A stretch of DNA of 64,000 nt. Source: Octopus sinensis (lineage: Eukaryota). Below are positions 12,912 to 25,754 of this stretch, one piece after another. How positions within the stretch are numbered: the first letter of the stretch is position 1; each line of letters opens with the position of its first letter. The notes beneath the pieces were generated by a model. That model was not told the origin of the DNA, did no database searches, and worked only from the letters and a program-made list of their open reading frames with translations. The DNA is taken from assembly GCF_006345805.1 (NCBI RefSeq), contig NC_043014.1, positions 45,136,001 through 45,200,000 on the forward strand, read 5' to 3'. Made by a program: the position numbers and the translations under genes.

Positions 12912-13080
12912 AGGCACAGGCATGGTTGTGTGGTAAGAAACTTGCTTCCTAACCACGTGGTTCTAGTTTCAGTCGCACTGTGTGGCACCTCAGGCAAGTA
13001 CTGTCTACTATAATCCCGAGCTGACAAAAGCATTGTTTATTTGATAGAGAGAAACTAGTGTATGTATGTGTGTGTGGGAG
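12912..13080 (+). mobile_element. Family B SINE, 5' part
   Basis: GCATGGTTGTGTGGTAAGAAACTTGCTTCCTAACCACGTGGTTCTAGTTTCAGTC...GGCAAGT head. Confidence 0.7.
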
Positions 13081-13089
13081 AGAGTTTCT

Positions 13090-13310
13090 CCTTTCTGGCT
13101 GAAAGTAAATGAGTATCACTATCCCCACACAAGCAGTGTTGTTCATTTCTAATATTCTGCAAGAATGTGTCTAGCCATGGAGAGATATCACCTTGCTTGG
13201 AAACAGATGAGGGAACAAGAAGGACATCCAGCTGTAGGAGATTTACCTCAAATAAAGTCAACTAGCCCATGCAAGCAAGGAAAAGTGGATGTTGAATGAT
13301 GAAGATGATG
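13090..13310 (+). mobile_element. RTE-tailed non-autonomous element related to family C
   Basis: Ends AAGGACATCCAGCTGTAG...CCCATGCAAGCAAGGAAAAGTGGATGTTGAATGATGAAGATG. Confidence 0.6.
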
Positions 13311-14332
13311 ACAATGTATAAAAGAGTTAATTCAAATAAAATATACCTGTATGCTTCATAACTTAAAAGATGCAGGTGGAAACTTGAGAAAGTGAAGAAA
13401 GAATAATTAAGTGATCGAGAATTTTAAAAGCATAATGTAAAATAAAATGACAAGCTGAGGAAAGATAACCAAAAAAAAAAATGTTTTAGAGAGCAGAAAG
13501 TAAAGTAACTGGAATGTTGTTTTGAATGATTGCCAACAGGACAGTGTAAAGACCTTTAGTGAAGTGGTAAGAATTTACACATTGAATTTCCTATCCAAAC
13601 AGCTGTAATTAATAATAAAAAAATATTCTGAGGCCTAGATAAATGGCCAAATCAATGAGCAGTTGTTTATTTGTCACGCCTAGCTTAACGAATCAATATT
13701 TATCTAACCCATATTACTGACTCAACAAACTTTGGAACAACTTATCAATAATCTTTAATAAAGAAGTAATCATTGATCAGTTTATGATCAGTAACACTTG
13801 ACATGTCTGCTTTGTTCTGCCTTTAAATATTTATTGATGCATATAAAATATTTAGAAATATTACCTTTATTTCTTACAATATTTCAGCTGTAATCATCAA
13901 CATGATAAACACTGTTTAATAGTAATAAAACGCATCATAACACCAGCTGTATAATAATCCATACTATAAATGTTTACTTTGGCACTAACGTGTCTGAACA
14001 CCAGAGAATATCTGGATATAACAGCATATTATTTTGTGTATTTTAATGGTTATTAATCAATTATCATATTGACATTTCAACCAAATGCCAAAATATGCAT
14101 TGTCACTCCTAATCATTTGATCAGTTTTCTTCCAGTTCAAACATCATTTAGAGATAGAAGGAATTTCTTGGAACATTCTAAATAAAACAAGTACATAGCT
14201 ATATCCTGCCAAACTAACAAGAGTTTAGTAAAATAATTATTTAAAGAATTGTGCAAGTAAAAATGCTTTGATGATTATATGAAATGTCTTTGCTTGTATG
14301 AATACAAACATAATCACACATATCCACCTCAT

Positions 14333-14385
<53 letters not shown>

Positions 14386-15379
14386 TAAACAAACATTGAT
14401 TAATTGAATGCTGCCAAAAAAGAAATATATACTTATCCAATTTAGCATTGTTGATATTACTATGCCTATAGAAGCAAGAAATTTAGTTTCTACTACTCAG
14501 AACTATTCAATTCACTACCCAATTTACTAATATCACAATGAATGGTATAAACATCTCTATCAAATCAGAAATGCTTCACAAGAGAGTATATTGAGTAAAA
14601 ATGACAGAACAGCTAAGCTCACTATCACCCTACGTAGCTTCAACTAGTTTGCAAGCTAGCAGGCTATTGATCTTTAATGCTTCTAGTATATGAACAACAA
14701 GATAAAAAAGTAATACCATGCTTAATATAGAGATTTTCATGTCATAGTTCTGTTTGTGATTTTGAGAAGCATGAACAGGTGTAGAGGCTTACATCAATCC
14801 GCATTCAATACATTAAGACTGGTTGTGACAATTGAAATAAATAGAATATCTATTAACAGTAAACTTCCCTGATATCTGATTCACCTTAAATTCAAATTGT
14901 ACAACTACCTGTGCAAACAAGTAATTAGCTTTTTTTTAGACACAGTCTAAATATCCATCCAGCATCACCTGACAGATGGGTAGAGAAATCAATGAACGGG
15001 ATAAGTATCTCATCTTTTCATAGAGTAACCTTCCGTAATAACACCACATACAATGTAAAGAGGGACGAAGAGGCAGTCAGTAAAGAGAAAAGCTGCTGTA
15101 TGTACATGGTTACAACAAAATTTCCAGGAAGTAGAACGGAAGAGAATATAAACCTGTATACACCATTAATATAGTGACTAGCAGTGACAGGCAGTATTGG
15201 TTATGTTTGCATACAAAAACATTGCACTAAGACTATTGTTAACCCAAAGAACTATTAAATCACACCTACATTAAATAAACCATGTGAAACAAGTATAATG
15301 AGTTTCATATATCAGTTGCTTCTTCCATACATATATATATGTGTGTGTGTGTATATATATATATATGTATATGTATCGA

Positions 15380-15730
15380 AATCGATCAACATCAATGGAA
15401 ATTGCAGCTGTGATACCATGTAAGAGAACCATCCGATCGTGGCCGTTGCCAGCACCGCCCCGACTGGCCTCGTGCCGGTGGCACGTAAAAAGCACCATCC
15501 GTTCGTGGCCGTTTGCCAGCCTCGTCTGGCATCTGTGCCGGTGTCACGTAAAAAGTACCCACTACACTCACTGAGTGGTTGGCGTTAGGAAGGGCATCCA
15601 GCTGTAGAAACATTGCCAGATCAGACTGGGCCTGGTGCAGCCTTCTGGCTTCCCAGACCCCAGTTGAACCGTCCAACCCATGCTAGCATGGAAAGCTGAT
15701 GCTAAACAATGATGATGATGATGATGATGA
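15380..15730 (+). mobile_element. Family C element
   Basis: Tandem GCACGTAAAAAGCACC units, GGTTGGCGTTAGGAAGGGCATCCAGCTGTAGAAA core, tail CCATGCTAGCATGGAAAG...(GAT)n. Confidence 0.85.
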
Positions 15731-15750
15731 TATATTATCATATATAGAGA

Positions 15751-15860
15751 GAGTCACTATCAGAACTAGAGGAGAAGTTTCAAGTGTGGAAACAAGGATT
15801 AGAATCGAAGGGCCTTAGAATCAACCTAGCTAAACCCAAAGTCTTAATAAGTCTTCATTG
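15751..15860 (+). mobile_element. RTE LINE reverse-transcriptase fragment
   Basis: Reads ESLSELEEKFQVWKQGLESKGLRINLAKPKVLIS, the RTE segment after the YADD motif (W...LE..GL++N..KTK). Confidence 0.8.
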
Positions 15861-15879
15861 GACACTAAACTCTGCATGT

Positions 15880-16305
15880 GATGACCTGTTGAGGCAAATG
15901 AAATTGAAATTGAAATCAAATTCGATGACTGGCATCCATGCTAGTGGAGCGCTAAGAGCACCATCCGAGCATGATCATCGCCAGAGCAACAAATTGGCTT
16001 CCATGCCAGTGGCACGTAAAAAGCACCGTTCAAGTGTGATTGTTACCTGCGTTGCCTTACTGGCACGTGAAAAAACATTCGAGCGAGGTCGTTGCCAGTG
16101 CCGCTGGACTGGCCCTCATGCCGATGACACGTAAAAGCACCCACTACACTCTCGGAGTGGTTGGCGTTAGGAAGGGCATCCAGCTATAGAAACTCTGCCA
16201 GATCACATTGGAGTCTGGTGCAGTCATCTGGTTCGCCAGACCTCAGTTAAATCGTCCAACCCATGCTAGCATGGAAAGTGGACATTTAAATGATGATGAT
16301 GATAT
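15880..16305 (+). mobile_element. Family C element, second tandem copy
   Basis: Same internal units and tail as the copy at 15380. Confidence 0.85.
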
Positions 16306-16344
16306 ATATATATATATATATATGTAATATATATCATCATCGTC

Positions 16345-16840
16345 ATCATCATCATCATTTAACGTTTTTTATGCTGGTATGGGTTGAATAGTATGACAGG
16401 AGCTGGCAAAACCAGAAGCCATACCAAGCTTCATTGTCTGTTTTGGCATAGTTTCTGTAGCTGGTGCCCTTCCTAACACCAGTTGCTTTACAGAGTGCAC
16501 TGAGTGCTTTTTATAATGACATCATCACCAACAGACTCACTAAGTACCTTACAAGACAAGAAAGACAAAAAGGCAAAAACACCGCAACTGAGACAAGGGA
16601 GTAGTATTGAGGAGTGGCTTTGTGCCAGTTGAGAGATTAAAGGTATAGAGGGACAGAGATAGGTGTCTTGTTGTAGATACATGGATACTCCAGCTGGAAA
16701 GGAAAAGAGAGTTAGAGAGTAAGATAAGGAAAGTGACAGTGAGAGAAATGATGGTGAAGAGTCAGAACATGTCCTCAAGGGACTTTGGGAGTAGATGAAG
16801 TGATAGAAAGGTTTGGACTAAGTGAGTGGACAGGATAGAG
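16345..16840 (-). mobile_element. Long variant of family C with purine-rich extension
   Basis: Family C core followed by the GATAGGTGTCTTG...ATGATGGTGAAG...CCTCAAGGGAC block, also present at 24270-24610. Confidence 0.65.
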
Positions 16841-17163
16841 ATGACTGTAGCAACTGCTAACCTGCTCCCCTACCCCCCTACCCCACCAACACACACACAT
16901 CGTTTATTCATTCATTTTGCATTCATTTTTCCATGCCAGCATGGACAAATGAATCCATATTACTGAGACATTGTTTTACAGCTGATACCCTCCCTGTTTA
17001 CTAACACTAATTTGTTTCAAGGGAACTTCTATTTTACAAGTCTTTGAGAGCATATAGATAACAATTTGTTGACAGAGAATTGTTAACAAAGCTCACCGTC
17101 TGTAGTGCAGTGTATAACAGAGGTTAAACATTCACACAAACACACATAACACACACATGCAAG

Positions 17164-17194
<31 letters not shown>

Positions 17195-17399
17195 GCACAG
17201 TAAGCTTTGCATAGTTTCTGTCTACTAAATTTACTAACAGGGCAATAATCCACCTGGAGTTCCAACAGAATATACATCTTGTCCAAGCTGCCTCACAACT
17301 TGGACAAAGTGTTTCTTTCTGAAACCCAAAACCACATGAGTGAAAAGCAATCACTGTAACTACAGTCATGCTTGTGTGTGTGTGTGTGTGTGTGCATGC

Positions 17400-17655
17400 A
17401 TGCATTGTTGTTTGTTCCTTCTTGAGCCATGCCTGTTTCCCGGCTTCATTGGCGTATAGGTTCCCCACCTGGACGGGATGCTGGTAGTTGTGACGAAAGA
17501 GTTGGCAGAAATTTCGCCATTACCTTCTGCCAGAGTCGCGTGGAGCTTAGGTGTTTCGCTCATAAACACACACATCACCCGGTCTAAGATTCGAACCCGC
17601 GATCCCTCGACCGCGAGTCCGCTGCTCTAACCACTAGGCCATGTGCCTCCACTAA
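17400..17655 (-). mobile_element. tRNA-Arg(TCG)-like SINE, probably Ceph-domain type (family E)
   Basis: Reverse complement GGAGGCACATGGCCTAGTGGTTAGAGCAGCGGACTCGCGG..GGGTTCGAATC then GAAACACCTAAGCTCCACG...ATCCCGTCCAGG. Confidence 0.75.
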
Positions 17656-17689
17656 AAAGTCTTTAACATTTCAGGAGTACAGCGAGATT

Positions 17690-17835
17690 CACCTCCCCCC
17701 CCCCCATCGGCGGAGCCTCGTGGAGCTTAGGTGTTTTTTGCTCAATAAACACTCACAATGCCCTGTCTGGGAATTGAAACCACGTTCTTACGACTGCAAG
17801 TCCACTGCCCTAACCACTGGGCCATTGCACCTCCA
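17690..17835 (-). mobile_element. Truncated second family E SINE (head plus CCTAAGCTCCACGAGGCTCCG)
   Basis: Head-to-tail with the copy at 17400 and more diverged. Confidence 0.7.
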
Positions 17836-17853
17836 CATGTGTGTGCGTGCGTA

Positions 17854-17887
<34 letters not shown>

Positions 17888-18429
17888 AATACACAGACAA
17901 AATATATTGTAACTTTCTAGTTACATTATTTTACAACTCAATAATCACATTTAAACTTTAGTGGCATGTTGTTTGTTTTCTTTAATAATTTGATTTACAC
18001 TTAGATAGATAGATCAGTCATAATTCAGAAGTTTCCACAGCTCATCGTGGGCAGCTTAGCTGACACAGTCTAGTGTCTATAAATATAACAATAGTTTCGC
18101 TTCATGTTCTTTCTATGATTTTCCTTTGATGAAACATCAACCTGATTTAGGTATAAAAATTAGCTTGTTTGCAGAAACAGTTCTCTCTTGGGCGTTATAA
18201 ATGTAATTTCTGTGTCAGTGATGTAGCAAGGGTTCTCAGTGGCCAGGATCAAAGACATTAATATGTTATATGAATATCTGTCTAATTTGTTCTGTCGTAA
18301 GAAACCCTTCAATGCACAATTTTAAATTATTTCTTGTATTGGCTCAAGATTTCTAGATATTTCTATCTGTATCAAGAATAGCTATGAAAGACAAGATTTG
18401 AAAACAGAAGGTAATGAATCAGAACAGAT

Positions 18430-18620
18430 ACTGCAATAAGTTTAGTGGGCATGTAGGAGTCCAGTGGAACTATGTTCTGAGTCCCATTTTGTTTATCATG
18501 ATCCTCCAAGCCATAACAGAGTAGTTTAAGACTAGTTGTCTGAGGTAACTCCTATATAATGACAACCTTTTTCTTATAACTGAATCTGTAGTAGAGAAGA
18601 CATTCCAGACACAAAAGCAA
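18430..18620 (+). mobile_element. RTE reverse-transcriptase fragment
   Basis: HVGVQWNYVLSPILFIMILQAITE...LLYNDNL resembles VGVHQGSVLSPLLF...ELLYADDL. Confidence 0.7.
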
Positions 18621-19083
18621 GACTACTGTCAATAAAATAACCTTGCTCACGACACACAAAAAAGAAGTTCACAGAAATTCTATACAGGATACCCAGTGTA
18701 AATTATGGATGGAGAAAAGTGGCAAAGTAACTCTGAATATAAACTAACGTGAACCATGATGTCTCATTTCCAGCATGGAAAGCAGACACAAAATGGGGAT
18801 AAAAATGATAATGGATATACACACACAAGTGTATGTGAATATGTGTGTGTGTGTGTTAATATAATCTGGTTAAAAATAAAATCTTAATAGTGTGCTTTCA
18901 AAAGCTCCTCTGTGAGTAAAATCCATTTCTTTCTAAAATTCCATCTGGCAATGAATGAGTTTGCGATTTAAGGTTGAATAAGTATGCTGTTTCTCTCTTC
19001 TTTGTTTCACACACAGATGGCCATGTACCTTTAGGTGCATTTATATATGAACATCTATGTAAATACAAGTACAATTATATGTA

Positions 19084-20183
19084 TGGAGGTATCAAAAAGT
19101 TCCTGGACTAGTTCTGTAGCATGTCAACAGATGGTAGCACAGGCGCAGTGAAAGCTACCAGTGACATTCACGAGGCAGTGTACCAAGTGACATCACAGTG
19201 TTTACTTTGCAAGTTGTGGAATTTGTGATCATGTGTATGCTGTAGTCTGCAATTTTGTCACGGACAGAAAGTTGAAACAAAGAGCAAATGTGAAATTTTG
19301 TGTCAAATTCGGGATATCTGCTACAGAGACATTGAGCATGCTTTGGCAAGCTTATGGTAATGAAGGAATAGGATTGTTGGACAATCAACAACATTGCTGA
19401 TGTTGTTGGTCTGTTGTATGGATCTGTGCAGGCAATCCTAATGTCTGAACTGAAAATGATGTATGTCTCTGCCAAGTTTGTCCCCTGCCTGCTGACCACT
19501 GAGCAGAAAGAACATAGCACTGAAGTCTGTCAAGATCTCCATCAACGTGCCACTGACGACCCATCCTTCAGGTAAATGGTGATGAACGTTGGGTCGACAG
19601 GTACAACTTTGAGGCAAGTCATCACAATGGAAGAGCCTTTCATCTCCACAACCAAAGAAGGCACTGTTTTTTTCCAATATCCACAATATAGTACATTAAG
19701 AATTTATCCCCCAGGGACAGACCATCAACCGAGAGTTCTACTGCAACATTTTGAAGCATTTGAGGGCGGACATTCAGTGGAAGTGACTAGATTTGTGAAG
19801 AGCAAAGAATTGGATTCTTCACAACAACAATGCACCCTGCTACCAAGTTCTTCTCACTAGTGAGTTTCTTGCTAAAAAAAAAACATGGTACTGCTTCTAC
19901 ACCTGCCCTATTTGCCAGATTTAGCACCTGTGGACTTCCATCTCTTCCCCAAGATGAAAATGCAGCTCAAAGGTTGCCGTTTTAACACCATTGTTGAAAT
20001 CCAGAGCAAATTGTCTCACTTACAGAAAATAACTTCCAGGCCGGATTCCAAAAGTGTCAGGAACACTGGGACCAGTGCATTGCTGTGCAAGGTGACTATT
20101 TCGAAGGAGATGATGTTAAAACTTAGGTAAATAAGTTATTTTTTTATTAAACATAACTAGTCTGGGAACTCTTTGATACCTAC
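19084..20183 (+). mobile_element. Mariner (DD34D) element with both TIRs; internally deleted and frameshifted transposase
   Basis: TIRs GGTATCAAAAAGTTCCTGGACTAGTT and, reverse-complemented, GGTATCAAAGAGTTCCCAGACTAGTT. Motifs LKQRANVKFCVKFG (HTH), AKFVPCLLT (WVPHEL equivalent), GDERWV, LPYLPDLAPVDFHLFPKMK (YSPDL). Confidence 0.92.
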
Positions 20184-20189
20184 TTACCT

Positions 20190-20420
20190 TGTATCTAGGG
20201 ATGCCACAACATCTATCTGATATTCTCCAACACTCCATTCTCCCTCTCTTATCCACATCACTCTAGCCATCTCAACATCTTGGGGTATAAATATAAGGGA
20301 CCTCATCAGATCTGTGTGTACCCTGTATATTCTACATATATACTCCCAAACCATTAGGTATCAACATATATCATTCTCTCTCACCATTTATTCACTTCTT
20401 GCTATCCATTATTCTCCCTA
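20190..20420 (-). mobile_element. RTE LINE 3' fragment
   Basis: Reverse strand resembles the RTE C-terminal region (M+RWM.G+....R+.N). Degenerate. Confidence 0.4.
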
Positions 20421-20737
20421 CCATATTCTCTCTAGTGTTGGTGTTACAACAAAATGTACCCAGTACCCTCTGTTATGTATGGGGTAGGAAGGGTTCTTTA
20501 GTCTTGGTGAAGATATGAAAACTTTGCTAGAGCCGGTGTCATGGAAAATGCAGTTAGTACACTCTGTAAAGTAACTATTAGGAAGAGTATCCAACTATAG
20601 AAACCAAACCAAAAATGAAACTTATGAGCAAGATATGGCTCTCCAATCTAAGTGGGTAGCGATGATCCATCCAACCCGTGCAAGCATGGAAGTGGAAGTA
20701 AAACAACGATAATGATGATGATGATGATGATGATGTG

Positions 20738-20770
<33 letters not shown>

Positions 20771-21639
20771 TGGATATATTTAAATCGAAAATTGTCCATG
20801 TTATTTTCCTGGCTATTTTCCACAATTCTCGGGCGTTTATCAAACAGTCTTGTTTAGTATTTCATTCCTCGGTTGTTACATCTGTTACACATTATTGCTT
20901 GATTTTAATAAGTACAATAGACATAATGCAGCAGTAATGTTATTGTTCATTTGGACACCGAAATCTATAAACTCATTTATGATTCCTATTGATTTGTTCA
21001 CTTCACTAGAAAATAAAAAAAAAACACGTGAAGGAAGCAGAGAAAATCTTTTACGGAAAGATAGCAATCAATAGCTGGTCAGTTATTAAGTGCTAATAGG
21101 TTACAACCATGAATAGGAACCAGAAACTACATGCTTCACTTCCCCTATTAGCTTAACAGAGAATCCATTGAATTATTAATAACCGAAAAAAATACACACA
21201 CAGACTCCTTTTATGATTACTGTTGTATATAATTTCAAAAATATATTTAATTAAATTATCAATTACCAACGGAGTGTATGGTGAAAATTATGGATTTAGA
21301 TTTATAAAATAGTGTTAAGAAAAACAGAAAAAATAACATGATAAATACAGAACTAACTAAGAGTGTCTAATAAATTTGTGATCAAGTAAAAGTTATGTCT
21401 GGGTGGATTATTTTTTTAAACAGCTGAATTTAATAATGTTCAAGAATGAAGAGAAACCAAGTAGGTGAACAAGAATGAATTTATAAGTCTGTTGTATAAT
21501 ATAATTCAGAGGTAAATATACTGACAAAGGGAAATTAATGATAAATACTTATGAAGCAGCGAGTGAAATAAATGACTGTACAGTGTATTGGATATGTATA
21601 TATGTAATAAGTGTGAATAAGCCTACACACATACATATG

Positions 21640-21727
21640 CGCACACACACACACACATGTATATATGTAAGCCTGTATGTATGCATGTGTGTAAATAATA
21701 TATATATAGATATATATATATAGATAT

Positions 21728-21797
<70 letters not shown>

Positions 21798-21805
21798 ATA
21801 TATAT

Positions 21806-21864
<59 letters not shown>

Positions 21865-21905
21865 TAGATATGTAGATATATATACATATGCATACATACA
21901 TGACA
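21640..21905. repeat. Compound microsatellite (CA)n-(TA)n-(TAGA)n
   Basis: Directly visible. Source of the spurious I/Y-rich ORFs. Confidence 0.95.
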
Positions 21906-22879
21906 CACACACACTATTTATTTAGTTGTATATCATCAATAGTATATCTAGTAAGGTGTACTGCCTTGATGCAGTAGACTTTACCAGATATTTTCAGCAG
22001 ATATATTATAAACATAACACACAGACAAACATGTATATACACACATAAATTAGTATGTTTACAGAATATATAAATCTAATCTTTTCAAAGTCAAACTTAA
22101 GCTAAAAGACAGACAATAAAATGATCAAGTAATATTAACAATGAAAATATTAAAAAGGCAAAAGAAAAATGCATTTCCTTTTTGTTATATTAAAATATTT
22201 TGGCTTCCCACTAAGTGTATGGTAAGGCCAGTGCAATCAATAGAGTGCAGAGAAATAAGTAAGATAGGAAAGATAAAATAACAATTTTTGACTATTGCAC
22301 AAATGTCACTTAAAATAGCAGTAAAGTGAAGAAGATAGTGGCAACAATAAAAATCATTAAAATTAAGTGCAACATTAAAGGTGAAATATAAGAATACGAA
22401 AGAAATATCTTGATTAAGACTTTTGAAAAGGAAAGAAAACTGTGTAAGACAGCAACCGGAGGAAGAAAATATAGAAACAGCCAGTAATATTTAAGAATAG
22501 AAAGTTGACAGTGTGAAAGTGAAAGTGAAACAACAGTCTAGTGAGAAATTAGGTCTGCTATATCTAGATGCACGTGTACTGATAGGAATAATATTTTGCA
22601 TTACTGTGTGCACACATTCATATACATATTAACTCACCAATCTTATTTACATTAGGCTTGGCACTAGTGTATTAAAAATATTTTACCTTTCTTCTTTCTT
22701 CTAGAAAAACCATCAGTAATCCTTGACACTCTATTACCCATAATTTCAATTAATGTCTAAGACTGCAGGTAAATATAGCAAGGAAAACACCTAACACAGA
22801 AAAAAAATTGCCTGCTAAAATGTCAAGCTAGAGTTGATTGTTTCTAGTTAAAGCTGAAAAAGTCAATGCCCAGCAGGGA

Positions 22880-23150
22880 AGAGTGCATCGTCTGCAGTCA
22901 ACAGCATCGTTCTAGTGTGTGGCAGCAGTGGTCAGTGTGAGCATTCAGTTTCTTATGTTATTGATGAGGCTGGATACTACACACCAAGATGGGAGCAATG
23001 AAGTGTAACCAACAGTGGATCAGTTACAGAGATGTGATATCCAGTCATCCTGGTCTCTCCTCTGTGGATGAGAAAATTGTTACAGTTGCTGAAATCAGCC
23101 TCATTCTCAGAATTTCAATCGATTATTTTGGAAAATATCAATAACAGGGA
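22880..23150 (-). mobile_element. Possible LINE endonuclease fragment (Jockey/Crack-like)
   Basis: Higher-GC island. Reverse strand loosely resembles PTR...LDL.LTS.P...LG.SDH. Confidence 0.3.
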
Positions 23151-24004
23151 TATGAAATAACAGCTGGGGAACTTTTGACACTGGCATTCACTCATTTTCT
23201 TATTTCTATTTTGTTTCTTTTGCTTCTGATGAATAGAAAGCACTTGTTTCACCAGAAAAATATTCCACAATTTTTTTTTTACTATATTTATGATAAAAAA
23301 AAAGCAATAAACACATTATAATGATTTCTTAAGAGAGATAATGTAAAGAAAAGTTAAAGCATAGGATAGAAAGATGAAATTAGGATATGAAATTATAGGT
23401 AAAACTATTTTTGTTTTGTTTTGTTTTTCTTCTCTCTTTTTTTTTTGCAGCCTATCTGAACATTAGATAACATTTAAAGGGAATAGGGAATTTCTTTTTT
23501 TAATATATAAAATGTAGAATTGTGAAAAGGAAGAGAATAACACAAAAATAAGAAGATTCAAATAAACTAGTGAATAGTCTAAATATCAAACATTCTAAAA
23601 ATAACCTTATCGTTACAATGTTGGTTTGCTTTATGATAAATAACTATAAATGTTACCACCACCTGTGTCTCATACAAAATGTATACACACTGTTAGCAGG
23701 AATGATGCTGTAGAATTGTCTGAGATAAAATCTCTTCGTAGACTTGTGCAAAAAACACAATATATAACAGGGTGATAGAAACATTGTTGCTGCAGTGACT
23801 CACAAGAACAACAGGTACATTTAAACCTATGTGAAGCTTGACAATGTTGTACACCCATATTGCCACATGCTCAAATGAAATTTGTACCTCAGTATGCATA
23901 GGAAACAGTGACTAAAACATTTACTGGTATTGTGGAAGGTTGTTGGTCTGTAGAAAACTCAGTCCATGCAAAAGAAACAAATTAAAATCACCATCTATAT
24001 ATCA

Positions 24005-24612
24005 CATCATCGTTGTCTCATGTCCATTTTCCATGCTAGCATGGGTTGAACAGTCTAAAAGGAGCAGGTAAGACCAAGAGCTGCACCAGATTCCATTGCC
24101 TGTTTTGGCATGGTTTCTATGGGTGGATACCCTTCCTAATGTCAACCACTTTACAGTGTGTACAGAGTGCTTTTTATCTGGGCACCAATTTCAGTGCTTT
24201 TTACATGGCACCAGCACCAACAAGGTCATCATGTAACTTCCAAAACAAAATCCCCCTCAGCTGGAAGGGGGAAATAGTAGTGATGGATGGGGTGAGGGTT
24301 GTGTCAATACATGAGAGATTAGAGATATAAAAGGACAAGGATAGGTATCTTGCTGAAGAGCAGATACATGAATACTTCAATTGAAAAAGAAAAGAGGATC
24401 AGGTGGAGAGTAAGATAAAGACAGCAACAGTGGGAGAGATGATGGTGAAGTTGTGTCAGGACATGCCCTCAAAGGACATTGGGAGTAGTGATAATAAGTG
24501 GGGTGACACAGAGGTTCAGACCGAGTGGATGGGCAAGGTAGAGGTGACTGAGACAAATGATGGAGAGAAGTACGGGAAAGGCTCAGGGGCAGGGGTTGCA
24601 GAAGGTATGTGA
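24005..24612 (-). mobile_element. Long variant of family C
   Basis: Same architecture as 16345-16840. Confidence 0.65.
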
Positions 24613-25119
24613 GGATACCATTAAAAGGCATGATGTTGCACAATCATCTGAGATAAAATCTCTTCATAGACTTGTGTTAAAAACAATATATATTGTAGTA
24701 AGACAAGTATCATCATTACAGTGACTCATGACAACAATGACAGATGCATTTCACTTTTCTTGATGTTTGTCAATGTCATGTACCAGATAATTACTGGTTC
24801 ATATGCATTTACTAGGATACACTGATGGTGATTTCAATATAATGCTGTTTCAGTTCTGTACTATAAAGTTTCTCTATAGCCCAGGAAGCTTCTGCAATAC
24901 CAGTCAGTGAATTGTTTTTTTCACTGTTTGCTGTATATCAAGACATGAATTTTGTGGGTGCATGGCATTGACAAGCCTCAAGAATAGTGAACAGCATCTG
25001 TCATTCTCATGATTCACAGCAGTAATGATGTTTGTCTAAGAAATCTATGAAGAGATTTTATTTCAGCCAATTCCACAGTGTCATACCTTCTTAAAGCATA
25101 CATATTGGGTTGAGGAATA

Positions 25120-25754
25120 ATTCATGAGTGTATCCAAATTTTAAAATGCACTCAGAAATAAAATACATTGGCAAAATGTTTTATGTTATTTGAAAGAGAA
25201 TATTTTGCTCTACATGAAGATGTTTTGATTTTTTAATTTTATTGATCTTTGTGTGTTTTCAGATCATTAAAATATAATGTTAGGTGGACAAAACAGCATT
25301 TTCGACACCATTTGCTTTTTGCACTTAATCAAGGTGTTAAGCCCACCAAAGCTGCTCGTGATATTTGTGCTGTGTATAAAGAAGGAGCAATGCCACAAAG
25401 TACAACCCACCGTTGGTTTTTGCACTTCAAAAATGGAAATTTTGACCACACTGGTTGACCAATTGAGTTCGATGAAGAGCAAGTGAATCAACTTTTTCAT
25501 GAAAATCCATGTCAAACAACCAGAGGATTAGCAGAGCAGATGGTTTGTAATTAAAAAAAAAAACTGTGCTGAACGACCTTCAATCAATGGGTAAGGTTCA
25601 TTGAACTCAATTGGCCAACCAGTGTGTGATCCATCCTTGAGGTCAAAATTCCCATTTTTGAATCGCAAAATCCAACAGCAGGTGGTGCTTTGAGGCATTG
25701 CTCCTTCTACATATACAGCACAAATCTCATGAGCAGCTTTGGAGGGATTAACAC
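25120..25754 (+). mobile_element. Mariner (Mos1/SETMAR-like) 5' transposase fragment followed by an inverted second fragment
   Basis: KQHFRHHLLFALNQGVKPTKAARDICAVYKEGAMPQSTTHRWFLHFKNGNFD...PIEFDEEQ...ENPCQTTRGLAEQM is the mariner HTH region. 25597-25754 is the reverse complement of 25334-25476. Confidence 0.85.

Noticed and set aside
14886-14909. Possible 24-nt minus-strand micro-exon (VVVQFEFK); similar candidates near 3226-3243 (VIKVGK), 22637-22662 and 58110-58133 (TASLFDVK)
   Set aside because: Equally good micro-exon patterns occur on the plus strand (near 13550 and 54460), so they match the chance rate in AT-rich DNA. RNA-seq would be needed.
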